From Blastocystis sp. Blastoise (lineage: Eukaryota > Protista > Bigyra: Opalinata), in assembly GCA_039096225.1 (NCBI GenBank), contig JBBPEB010000003.1:186001-250000 (forward strand): 64,000 nt of DNA, in the 5' to 3' direction. The notes under the pieces are model-generated. The model was given only the letters and a program-made list of their open reading frames with translations, was not told the origin of the DNA and did not search any database. The position numbers and the translations under genes were made by a program. This document shows positions 13,046 through 28,912 of this stretch, one piece after another (positions within the stretch are counted from its first letter, which is position 1; each line of letters begins with the position of its first letter).

Positions 13046-14883
13046 TACTATCACTGCTAAGGTGACATCCCAAAAAGAACAGATTCTGACCTCCAGAAAG
13101 ACGAATAGATAGACCTGACGCACCCTTATTTCCCGCGGTAAAGAGAACAACATTCTTTCCTGTTCTTAACTATAGCATATATATAGAGTCATAAAATAAA
13201 TAAATAAAAATAAAGTTTATATATATATATATATACAGTAGAATTAGTAGTAGTTTTAACATCAGAAGAGAGATTCTTATGTAAATATACAATTGTAAAC
13301 ACATAACCGTGGTAACCCAATAACTTCTGAGTACTATATATATATATATAAGGTAAAATAAGAATATATATATGGTTAAAAGTATATATATATAAGTGAT
13401 AAAATAAGAATATATATATGGTTAAAAGTATATATATATACCCTCCAATATAACTGGTATATACTTCGTACTGTCCCTCTCGATTGATGTAACCGCTAAG
13501 AAAAGACAACGTCTGTGATAAATCCATGCACTCCTATATATATATATAGTATATACATAGTATATACATAGTATATAAATAATATATACATAGTATATAA
13601 ATAATATATAAAAAGTATATAATAATATATACTTGAAAAGAGAAGAAGTAGATGTCTTTATGTTCAGGTATATCTTTAAATATACTCGTTGTCAGTTTGG
13701 CTTCTCCCAAGTTGAATGTTAATATAAAGAGAGACGCCTTTAAAGGGGAATCATATGTATCAAGAGATGTATGTTCATTCATCGAAATAAGAGCTATTTC
13801 TTGAGCCGAGTCAGTAGGTCGCCTCTTTATACAGGGTATATATGTGTGTCCTGTAAGGAATAGTGAAGTGATGAATCCAAGAGAGGATGTAGATAGAGCA
13901 TGTAATATATATATAGGAAGAGGAGGAGTAGAGAAGACTTCCCAGAGACGGTGAATAAGAGCCAAACTCCAAAGGAGAGAATAGAGAGAGATATAATTCA
14001 ATAACTATATATTATAATAATAACAAACATAATAATAATTGATAATAATAATTATTATTATATTATTATTGAACTTAGAGAAGAAAAAATGAATCAAATT
14101 ATACATAGAATAAGAATTAAAAACTAATAAAACATTACATATATATATACTTTCTTATATAGTTGATTGCCAATATCCACGGGAATATTACGTTTTTTTA
14201 AGAGGATTTTAATAGAAAAACACATATAAAGGTCATAAAGTATACATAGAAATAGAGGAATATAAAAAATAGTTAATTCCCAATTATCGTCAGTTACCCT
14301 GTATATATATATATAATATATAATATATAGAATAAATAATATATTCGTTTATGATTCATAAAAACTCTAAATACTATATTATATACCAGCACCATAATTC
14401 TGCATTCTCAATTTTATTTGCTGATAATAATATAATAACGGAAAGAAGAGGGATTCCATAAGATATACAGTCATATATAGTACTCATTAATGGATTTCGC
14501 GGAGGTGCTAAATTATGAATATGATGGGCCATACATCCAGATAAAAGGGCACTATTCAAAATGAAAAATTGAAGTAAAGAACCTTGAAAAGAACAACTGA
14601 ATCCTTCTGGATCAAATATAACACCATAAAGATGACAGAAGGCAATTCCAAATAACTATAAGAACATATAAATAAATACAACATTAAAATTTACAGATAT
14701 ATTCAATTCATTTAATAGTTTTTGACTTAATGACAATTTTCTTCTTTTCTGAAACAACACGTAAAATACCTATCAACTAATAGAAACTAATATGAACAGA
14801 AATCTTACAATACTACAGGAAATAAGTGACAATACACACATAATGCTTGTCAAAACAATTAGCAACACGCTGTTTTCATACAT
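10923..14883 (-). CDS. 7TM GPCR (cAR/GCR1-like) fused to inositol polyphosphate 5-phosphatase
   Basis: About 13 exons, all joined by in-frame GT-AG introns. The N-half has seven hydrophobic segments with CSFQGSLLQFF, YGIPLL, WCWV and FYIPL. The C-half has FILTFNLG, DIYFFSFQE, GNKGA, GCHLSS, AGDMNYR, DQL..EGPIHFPPTFRY, PSYTDRI and SDHKPV. Confidence 0.9.
11321..11470. repeat. Intronic 24-bp minisatellite, ~6 copies (AATAAATAGAATAAAAAGTATAAT)
   Basis: Visible tandem units in the last intron of the GPCR-INPP5 gene; they generate the spurious repetitive ORFs in the track. Confidence 0.95.
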
Positions 14884-15821
14884 TTAGTTAAGCTCAATAT
14901 ATTATTATATAAAAAGGAACAATAAAATATTTAATTTGGCCTTTTAGACAGCTTAAAAACTAAAAAATTGGGAACAGGGAAAAACGATAAACTGCTTCTT
15001 TTTCTCCTGCCTTTCAGGGAAATAAAAGCGTTGTACTATTTTTTAAGTTTTTGACCAAATAGCACCTAGATTATTTAAAGTGAGCATTTCAATATATACA
15101 GTTATATAGAATTCAATGGTACTTCGTTCTTTGAAGCAGTAAAGGATAATAGCATCATATTGTTGACTGTAACGATTCAAAATAATTAAAAACTGTTTAG
15201 ATTTACTTAGCTTATATGAATTATTATACAAACTAATAAAATGAAGTGCTCATTTTTAATTATATGATATGAAATAGAATAATTTTTTCTTATTTGTATA
15301 TGTGTTACATAACATATACAATATAGAAAACAAAACAAAAACAAAAATGTATAGATTTAACCAGTGAATGTGTACTGAATAAAAACAAAATTGTATTTTT
15401 TGTGTTGATGTCCATGAAGGATGAATTTCTGAATGTTTCTGTTCATCAGCATATATCCTTTTGTAAATAATTAGCAACATAAGTAGACTATTAAGTATAC
15501 AATGAATAATCCAATAAAAAACGACAATGATATGTGTTTTCCAATCGAATCGAATTGTTATTGAAATCAGCAATGAGTCGATGAATCGTGATTTATTACA
15601 CTACTTAGCGATCAAATTGAGTATATTCACGGAAAGACTATCAGTTATGTGATTTCAACAGGGATTCCAAAAGAAAGATATTTCCTTGGTTTTTTTTTTA
15701 TTTTTGTTTTCGCAATATTAAAACACAAATATATTTCTTATTCAAAAAAGTATTCATTGAAAAGAATCACTTCATTCTTATTAAAACTTGCTTTAATATC
15801 ATTATAAAATAAAATCATCAT

Positions 15822-16464
15822 ATGAATCTACCCATTTCTTCACCACCAAGGTATTTTAATCTTTGTTTTTTATGTTTTTATATTATATTAGAAACAACAT
15901 GAATCAAGATAATGAACTGTTGCCATTGAATTTAGGATTTTTGGAATCTCCCTCTCAAAATCACAGACGTTCAATTAGTTATTCCTTTGATATATCTCAG
16001 GTATTTATCGTTTATAGAATAGTCTTAAATATTGAATAGACTATGAGCAATGCATCACTTCCATCTGTACTACGTTCACTTGAAGATTCACCTCCTTTAA
16101 CGTATAATAGAAACAATAATCAAAGCGAAATACTTATTCTACCTCAAAAACCAAGAAGTCGAAGTCAATCGATTACTGGACCCATTCGACATGAAAAGAA
16201 ATCAGAAAAACAAAGTCCATATCCTAAATTAAACTCAGAACAGATGAGAAATCTAATCAAACAACAATCTAAAGGTATTCAATTATTATTTTTATTTTCT
16301 TAAATATAAATAAATAGAACACCTAACAGATCCCTTTGAATTGAAAGACAATGTTGTATATATTTTATATATATATAACTATTTTTATTAGTATATTGAT
16401 GTTGAAACAATACCGCGACGAAACTCACTCAATTCTCCAGACAGTAAATTATTATTTTTATAGA

Positions 16465-16503
<39 letters not shown>

Positions 16504-16998
16504 TATATATATTTATTAACTATTCTCTTACTATAAATATAGAATCTCTGTCATGAATTATATGATAATATATAATTGATTCTCTCTATATATATATAGT
16601 AATGAAGACACCAATTCTTCAGTCTTTCTCTCCAAAGAAATCGAATCAACTCTTTTTATCACCCTCGCAACGACTCAACGAAAGTGTTCATTCACATAAG
16701 AAAACTATGTATATATATATATATACATAATATAATCAATTACTCATAACTGTGTTCTTATTGTACTTATTCTCGATATATATATATCAATATTTTATCA
16801 TTTTTTATTATTATATATATATATATAAAATTAATTTATTGATTTTTTTTTTAAATTAAAATATATATTCCATCCCTTTAGCGTTCGTGATAGAAGTCGA
16901 TCTCTTGATTATATTTCCCTATCGAAAAAGTCAAAGCCTGAAAGTTCATTTACTATTCCTTCTCCTCCTATTTTTATGATTCATGCTACTTATCTAGA

Positions 16999-17059
<61 letters not shown>

Positions 17060-17332
17060 CATAAATCCAATAAATTATATATACAATCATAAATCCAATA
17101 AACTATATATATACAATCATAAATCCAATAAACTATATATAGTCATCAATATCATTTTCTTTTTCAAGGAAATAATTTACCAGAATTATGTCAAGAATTA
17201 CGAAGTGTTATTTCTCATTTACCCTCCTTTAAAATGTTATTTGAGCATCCTCGACAAGCCAATCAATATTTACCGTTAAACTCAATCGACCAATTATATG
17301 ATCATGTTCATATTATTATTCAACCCATCTAA
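15822..17332 (+). CDS. Hypothetical Ser/Pro/Arg-rich protein with a small folded C-terminal domain
   Basis: Multi-exon GT-AG model from MNLPISSPP to ...IFMIHATYLDHQYHFLFQGNNLPELCQELRSVISHLPSFKMLFEHP...YDHVHIIIQPI*. No family recognised. Confidence 0.7.
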
Positions 17333-18062
17333 ATCATGTTATTCAATATATTATTTATCTATATATATATATATATATTCCATATATGTTTCTTTATAGG
17401 GGCTATTGTATTTTTTTTTCATTTTTTTCAAATTTTTTTATATTCTTCACCCGTTCTATTATATGTTGTTTCTTTCAATTTCTATTTCCTTCTATATCTT
17501 TATTTATCCATTTATATTATTTTATTATGCTTCTCTTTATTGTATTCACATGTATGATTATATAAATTAACATTATTTAGCGTATTAAATATAGTTGACA
17601 ATTGCTATTTTTTTTGTATTGTTTTCTATTCTTCGTTCAACTTTATATTCAAAACGCGTTTTATATTTTACACACTAAAAGAATCAAACAATAAAACTCT
17701 TCTATATCGAATAGCTCTAACTCTTTCATTCATATTTCGAGAAATATTATTGTTATAAGTCTAGAAATGATTGTTTAGCACATACATAGTATGAGAAGTC
17801 TGAAATAATAAGTATCTACTGATATAGCAAACCATTTTTACATCAATGATCAAATGGTCAAGTCTTAATGTGTTTTTCATATCTACCATCATCAAGAGAA
17901 CATATTCTTATCTAACAAAAATGTATAAATTATATCTATTTAACATAACAGAAGCTATTAATATTCGATTCAAAGAGCTAAAAGAGAGAAACGTATAATT
18001 TTCTAAAAGAACACAAAATATTTAGTCAAATTGGGGTTGATGTTTGAAGCGTTTATAAGGCA

Positions 18063-21565
<3,503 letters not shown>

Positions 21566-22149
21566 AAATTTTTTATTCAATAATTTTATTTATAAATTAT
21601 TCTATATATGGGTATGTTTATATATAGTTTTTTAATAATTTATATTATAATTATTAAATATATATATTGTTTTCATTATCATTTATTTATTTATTCTTGA
21701 TTTGTAGAATATGTTTTCCGTGTTTTATTATTATCTATAAACATTAGATTCATGATTTGTGTTGCTTTTATTAAATAGTTTTTATATTTAAGTTTAGTCT
21801 TGTTTTGTCATTGATTGGATATGTAACTAATAGATATATTCATTACTGATATGTATTCAATATAACAATATAAACTGTAATATTTAATAAAAAACATGAA
21901 ATGAAAAGAATATATGTATTTTGTAGGTATACATAAAGTATATAAATGTCTGTTTAAATCAATAAATAATAAACAAAACAAAAACAGTATGACAGAGAAA
22001 GAAAAATGATGATTATTATAATAAAATGATGTATAAAAAAATAGGTAAAAACAAAATAAAGAAATGACTACAACAAAAGCAATAATGATAATAGAAAAAT
22101 GAAAATGAAAAAGAAGAGAAAACATATATATATATATATATATATTTAT

Positions 22150-24243
22150 TTATAGCATCATATCTGCCATAGTCCAAAATGTTTGATTTGGTTGAACTGT
22201 ATAGGGATATATATAATCAATAAATCGAATAGAATCAGAAGGAGGAAGACTATTAAGCGATGTTGTGACATCTTCTAGAAGAAGTTGAGTAGGAGATCCA
22301 AATAGAGAATAATATTGAGATAAGATGAATGAGCCCAAAACCCTCTATATAATGTGAAATAGAATGACAAGGAATATTAACAATATAATGAAGATAATAT
22401 GCATAATAAATATAAGATAATAAGTATAATAAATATAATGATGATAATAAGTATAATAAATATACGATAATAAGTATAATAAATATAAATATAATAAATA
22501 TAATAAACATAAATATAATGATGATGATAAGTATGATAAGTATAATATAATACATATATACATTAAGTGCCATAATACAGTGTCTGGCTTGTATTTGTTT
22601 CAATATACTGCTGGATTTGAATATAGTTTCAAGATGTTCCGTTAGTGAGGGATAGATCTTTAAGAGGATAGAGGAGATAGCACGTGGACCTAACGAATAT
22701 AAACACACAATAGCACCATAAATGGCAGGCAATGATGATTTCTTTTGAAATACTTCAGAGATATTAATTGTAATACGTTTTTGTAGCTCAGGATAAGATA
22801 AAGAATATCTATATATATATATATATATATTAATATAATAATAATATAATAACTATAATATATAAAAACAGAATTCAAAGAAACACAATATAATAATACT
22901 ATACCTATTTAACCAATAATATATATATATATATACTGTGTGCATATATCTCTGAGTACTTGGGCTGCCTTCTCTCTTAATTCCCAATGATTCTCTATAG
23001 GTGAAAACGATAGGGTCTTCGCTAAAAGACAAGACAAAATCGCGGGAATTAATAAGTGTAACTATATATATATTATTTTAAATAAATACAAAAAGTATTG
23101 GATATAGATATATAATATATAAATTATAATAAACGAATATTAAATAAACATAAAAAAAAAATCTATATACATAAGGTTGTATATTAATATTTGGATTATT
23201 AAGAAGTGCTTCAGAAGCATATAAATAAGAAAATAATTTCATTAACATATCTTTTGGCTTTGTTTTTATATAGAACTTAATCTATATATAGTATAATAAT
23301 AGTAAAGACAGAATATCACAAATATTATATTCTATAATAATTAAACCAATTTTCATAAATGTAAATAATATATATATAATGAACAATATATATTTAAAAA
23401 ACAAAAAAATAATAATAAGCATAATAATATATACTTGAGATATAATATGTTGAAGTAAATAGGGAATCAATTGATGTAGTCCTCGATCTTTTCGAAGACT
23501 ATTATATATATATATACGTATTGGTTCTTCAACTGAATTTAAACTTTCTTTTACATGTAAAAAGAAATAGTTTAATTCAGAAGATAAGGAATGGAAAGAA
23601 ACAGGAGATATAGCAACTAACTTATCTTCTTTTGGGGGATTATGATGATTAATCAAATGTTCTTTAGAATATAAATATAATAATTATTTAAATGGCAATA
23701 AAAAGATTATTATTATTATTTTAAAAACACGAATAAAATTATTTATCATATACTGGAAGGTGGATTTTCTGGTATACAAGGTTGAACTCCTTCTACAGAC
23801 AACCAATGCATATGAAATGTCATTTCTTGTGGTAAATCAGGTGCTGGTGCATTGATAATATCTACTAACTTTATTGTTTCATTCTTTATTAGAGCTACTT
23901 CAGGACTCACTTTGTGTTGTTCGAAATGATACACTTCTTTTGAAGAAAAACCATAAATAGTCTATAAAGAATCGATATTATTCAATCCCTTATATATGAA
24001 CTATATATATATTTCACATACATCAATCTTACGTAACTGAAGAGCGTTTTTTACATCAGAAACTTGAAGAGTATCTCTCTTACTATGAATCATAAATTTA
24101 GATGCATCTTGAATCAATTCTTTTAAACGATATTCAATTTTGAATGATAAATCTCTAGCAACTTGCTCCGAAATCGAAATTTTGATGTCTTCAGCTATAT
24201 TCTTGACTAATTTTGTATTATCCATATCATAAATTGTATTCAT
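22150..24243 (-). CDS. TAF6: TFIID subunit 6
   Basis: N-terminal histone fold (IEYRLKELIQDASKFMIHSKRDTL), HWLSVEGVQPCIPENP, HSLSSEL, DRGLHQLIPY, NHWELREKAAQ and YGAIVCLYSLG; GT-AG introns in frame. Confidence 0.95.
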
Positions 24244-24519
24244 ATAAGATAGAAAACTATTAGAATTATCTATTTTTTTCAACTTAATAAAAACCGCAGG
24301 AAAGAGAGTAGAACTCAGTTCAGTTCTATAAAAAACCGTGTTAATTACTCAAGACAATTTCTAGCTTTTTTTTTTTTGCTGTTATTTCAAAAGGCTGTTT
24401 ATTCAGGAATATATGAAAAAAATAACTCTAAAAAATACAAATAGTTTTTCAATAGATTATCTTCCTCTATAGAAGTTTGAAACATTTATTTACTGCTACC
24501 GAGCATATAATTCACTCAA

Positions 24520-26416
24520 ATGGCGAATCCTTACTATAATCCATCAAGTCTAAACCCTCAGATAGCACCAATTAACAATTCACGAGTTCCAAATGCTTAC
24601 AGTATGCTTTTGTATACATAAATATTCTTTATAAAATCTTTCTACTTGCTGGTGATGCGATTTATAGATTCTATTCTTATTAACTATTTTGCTTATTTTT
24701 CCTTTAACTTATTAAAATATATATTTGATAATGTTTTCTTGCGTTTCCGTGTTATTCATATATATTGATTGACTATTTATTATCAAATTACGTTTTTATT
24801 ACCTTGATTCATGTTATTTTTTCTATAGATATAAGCACGAACCCAACACCTTATATGAATTCAGTTTCTTATTCTCAAAAATCTGTTCCAAATTCTCTTC
24901 CAAACGATCAAAACAAGTTTCATTATCCTTATCCAGAAGAACCAATAAATCAAATTAGTTCGATACCCAATGCGTCTTCTTATGGTAAATCTTATACATC
25001 TTCTATGCAATATGTTTCTTCTATTTCTCCTCCTCCTTTTCCTATGTCTTTATCTATCTATGATGATGAAGGAATGAAACAATATAGAGCAATAAGAGAT
25101 AATAAACCTTGTGTATATACTAATATGAATCCATCTTCTGTTTTAGATAATTCCTCTAAACAACAAAATTGTAATTATTATATGAATAATAATATAAATA
25201 ATAATATGAATAATAATATGAATAATAATATTAATAATATGAATAATAATAATATGAATAATAATAATATAAATAATAATATGAATAATAATATGAATAA
25301 TAATATGAATAATAATATGAATAATAATATATCTCCTATATATAATAATAATATAGTTAATAATAATGGTAACAATATGAATAATAATATGAATAATAAT
25401 ATGAATAATAATACTATATCTCCTAATACTATACCATATAATACTATTAATGCTGCAATTCCTATGCAGTCACCATCATCAAGACCTGCTGCCTTTTCTC
25501 CTTCTATTCCTTCACAAGCATCGAATCCTTCGAACTATAGAAATCCTATATATTATACTCCATCTAAAGTATCGACAACTGCCTCTACGATTAAAACAAC
25601 ACCTTCTTCTATTCATATGTCACAATATGCTACTACTCCGAATCTTCTAGAACAATTAAAGCAAGCAAATCAATCTCCTGCTGTACAAACAACATATACA
25701 AAGAATACTACATCCTATCCTTCTCAAAATACAACAGGTATTTCCTATAATACAAATAATGGATCTGTATATACTCAACAAGTATCTAATATATCTTCTC
25801 TTCCTGATCTTCCTTTTGCATCAGAATCCATTGAAATTAATCCAGATCAATTCAATCAATTCAGTAATAATCAACCAAATACTCAGAAACAACAGGAAAA
25901 CTTGAATACTCAAAATGAACAAAATTCAAATAATGATGATAATAATGATGGTAAATATATCTCTATTATAGATATTTATATAGTTTCTTTTTTTTTCTTT
26001 TTTTCTTTTTGCTTGGTTTTAATTATCAGAACTTTTATCATATTTCTTATTTGCTACTGTAGAGTCTATTCTATTTATTATTTTTTACTTATTTTTTTCC
26101 ACAATATAAACAATCTCATTTCAATTATTGTCAATGTGTTCTTTTTGTCAATTCGACAAGTCTTTTTATATACTAATAATTATTACCTATTTGAACATTA
26201 TGCTTAGAATCGCCTTCTCCTCCTCAAAACATATCTAACAATTATCCATTTTCATTTACTCAATCTTGTAGTATATTTTTTATTTATTTTTTCATTATTA
26301 TATTCATTAATCTATTTTACGTCATTCTGTATTAATTATATTTCTTTACTTTAGTTAATTTGCCAACTGATTTGGATATCCTTTCTCAACAGTTTCTTGC
26401 CGCAGCTAAAAAGTAA
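24520..26416 (+). CDS. Hypothetical low-complexity Asn/Pro/Ser-rich protein
   Basis: Four-exon model from MANPYYNPSS to INLPTDLDILSQQFLAAAKK*, including a large exon with MNNN repeats (~25182-25412). Divergent from TAF6. Confidence 0.7.
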
Positions 26417-27371
26417 TTTTCATTATATTTCCCCTTTCTCATTATATTTCTTGTCATTTTATCGTTAAGTGTGCCTTCGTTTTGAAAACTGGTTTTAGTG
26501 CTTTACCAACTAAATTTATAACTTGCACACCTTCTAGGCATGTTTCAATAGTACTGAACACTGTTTTAAAGTTATATAAACTATTGTAACACATTTGAGT
26601 GCTAAAATATAAAAAGTAATTTTTTTTAGTACTTTCGACAATTTAATTCATTTCAAGTATTCTCATTCAAATTCATATTATTTTTTGTATCATATGCTTA
26701 GTATGTTCTGAGATATATGTGTGAACATTTGTGTCTCTTAATTATGATTCTTTTCTTCAATTGACCTCTAAGTATCACTTGAGAGGGAACAAAAATCAAG
26801 TTGAATTTTTTAGTCTCAAATTGTTGTATATAGTTGTCTCTATGTCTTTATGTAAAATAAGCTCATGAATATAAGTCTTTTGTCCTAATTGGAAGGGTAA
26901 TTAATTTGGTGGTAAGATCATTATCGTCATTTCAAAAGTTGATTCATATAACATGAGATGCCCTAGAGTCAACCTGATGTCGATGACGTATTATATCTTG
27001 GCAGCTACAAGATATAAATAAATGTTTCTAAAAAATAATTCGGTTTTTCCAAACTATCCCCCGAAATTGATTTTCTTTATTTATTGGTTAATAGAAAACG
27101 TATCCAATTATTTTTCTGGGCTTAACGTTGGATCTGTAGAGTACTAAAAATTGTTTTTTTTTGTTAAGCATTAGAGTTTCATATTTTATTTTAAAATATA
27201 TTGTCAACTTTCACACTTTGTGTGGGCTTGTTTGATCCTTCAATAGTCAACATAATAACATTATATATATAAATAAATGTAAATACTTGAACATTATTAT
27301 ATATGCGCTACTTATTTCATCTATAGATATATGATACTTCGCTGTTTGATTTAAATCTTTAAGTAATAAGT

Positions 27372-28846
27372 ATGGCAAGAACTAGAAAAATCAATAACCA
27401 AAGTAATACTCTATTAATGTGATACTTTTTTCATTATTACTATTTATACCATATATTCAATTAAAAACACTTCTGATGTTCTATATATCATAGCTGATAG
27501 TGAATTAACTAGTGAAATTAGTTTTTCGGATAACGCGGTTAACAACAATGACAATGAGAATGCTACTGTTAATCAAGTATATTCATTACTATTTCATCAA
27601 TAAATACAATGAATGATCTATATAGGTTCCTAAGAGAGTGATAAACATACAAAAGAGTAAGTTTCTTTCAATTAGATTATGTTTTCTTTTCTATCATTAT
27701 AATAAATAAATATTAATTATTTATTAATTAATATATGTTATGATGTTTATGGGAAATACATTTTATAATATTATTTTTATAGAAAAAGATACTTTATCAA
27801 AACAATTGCCTTTATCTGAGAAGAGATCTCATAAAGCTAAGATTCAAACTTCTAAGAGAAAGAGATTTTCTGTATGCTATGAAATATTAAAAAATAGCTA
27901 ACAACTGTATAGGCATTAGACAATAATTCGTGTACGAATAATGAAGAAGATGAAGATTTAAACAGCCGAGTATCATATCCTCCATTTGATCTTTCTGCTA
28001 CTGAGAGAAAGCACTCTCATGATTCCACTCATTTACAGCATCATATAGGAAAGTATAAAATTTAAAAACATTTATTGTGCTATTTACTAAAAAAAATTCA
28101 TATTTTTAGATCGATTCCGGATGCCAATAAATTCACAGATGAGTGGACGGAAACTGATATTGAAAGATTACAAGTAGCTATCTCCATGTATGGTGAAGGC
28201 CATTGGACAAAAATTTCTAATTATATCCTTTTTAAATATTTTATTATACATGACTATGTATGTATAAAGTATTGATAATAGTATTTCTTAATCATTATAC
28301 ATATTGGAACAAAATCAGTTAATAAATGTCGTTATATGACTCAAAAGAAAATCAACCCTAATATGAAACCAATTTATGAAAATGTAAATAAATATATAAC
28401 GATTAATGAGTCGATATTTTTATTTATATACATAATTAAAAATATAAGTTCCAATTTTTTATTATTATTATTATTATAGAAACATTGGAGTAAACGAGAA
28501 GATGAAATGTTGATAGCTTTTGCAAATCATCATATGAAACAATCCAAAAAGAAGTCTATTCCCTGGGGTATTCTTTGTGAAACGTTAAAAACACGAACTT
28601 CAAAACAATGTTCATGTCGATGGAATTATATTTTAAATCCTGCTATTAAACGAGGGTATATATATAGTATAGTTATTATATAATATAGCATTAGTTTTAT
28701 AAATTTTTATTATTATTTTATATATATATATATGTTTGTTATTTTATAATGTATATATGTATATATAAATAGACAAATTGAAGATGATGAACCTTACAAA
28801 CTTTTTTATTATTTAAAGAAATTTGGTCCTAATTTTAAGCTTATTG

Positions 28847-28912
<66 letters not shown>

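Noticed and set aside
17847-18062. Upstream exons or TGA readthrough extending the lipase
   Set aside because: No splice combination gave a consistent open frame; ATG 18063 is the simplest start.
26375-26384. ATATCCTTT U12-donor-like motifs inside exons (also ~20114)
   Set aside because: Frames are open through them and no U12 branch site or AC acceptor follows.
26417-27371. snRNA or tRNA in higher-complexity intergenic DNA (also 7430-8380 and 59230-60220)
   Set aside because: No recognisable tRNA boxes or snRNA motifs by eye; an Infernal/Rfam scan would be needed.
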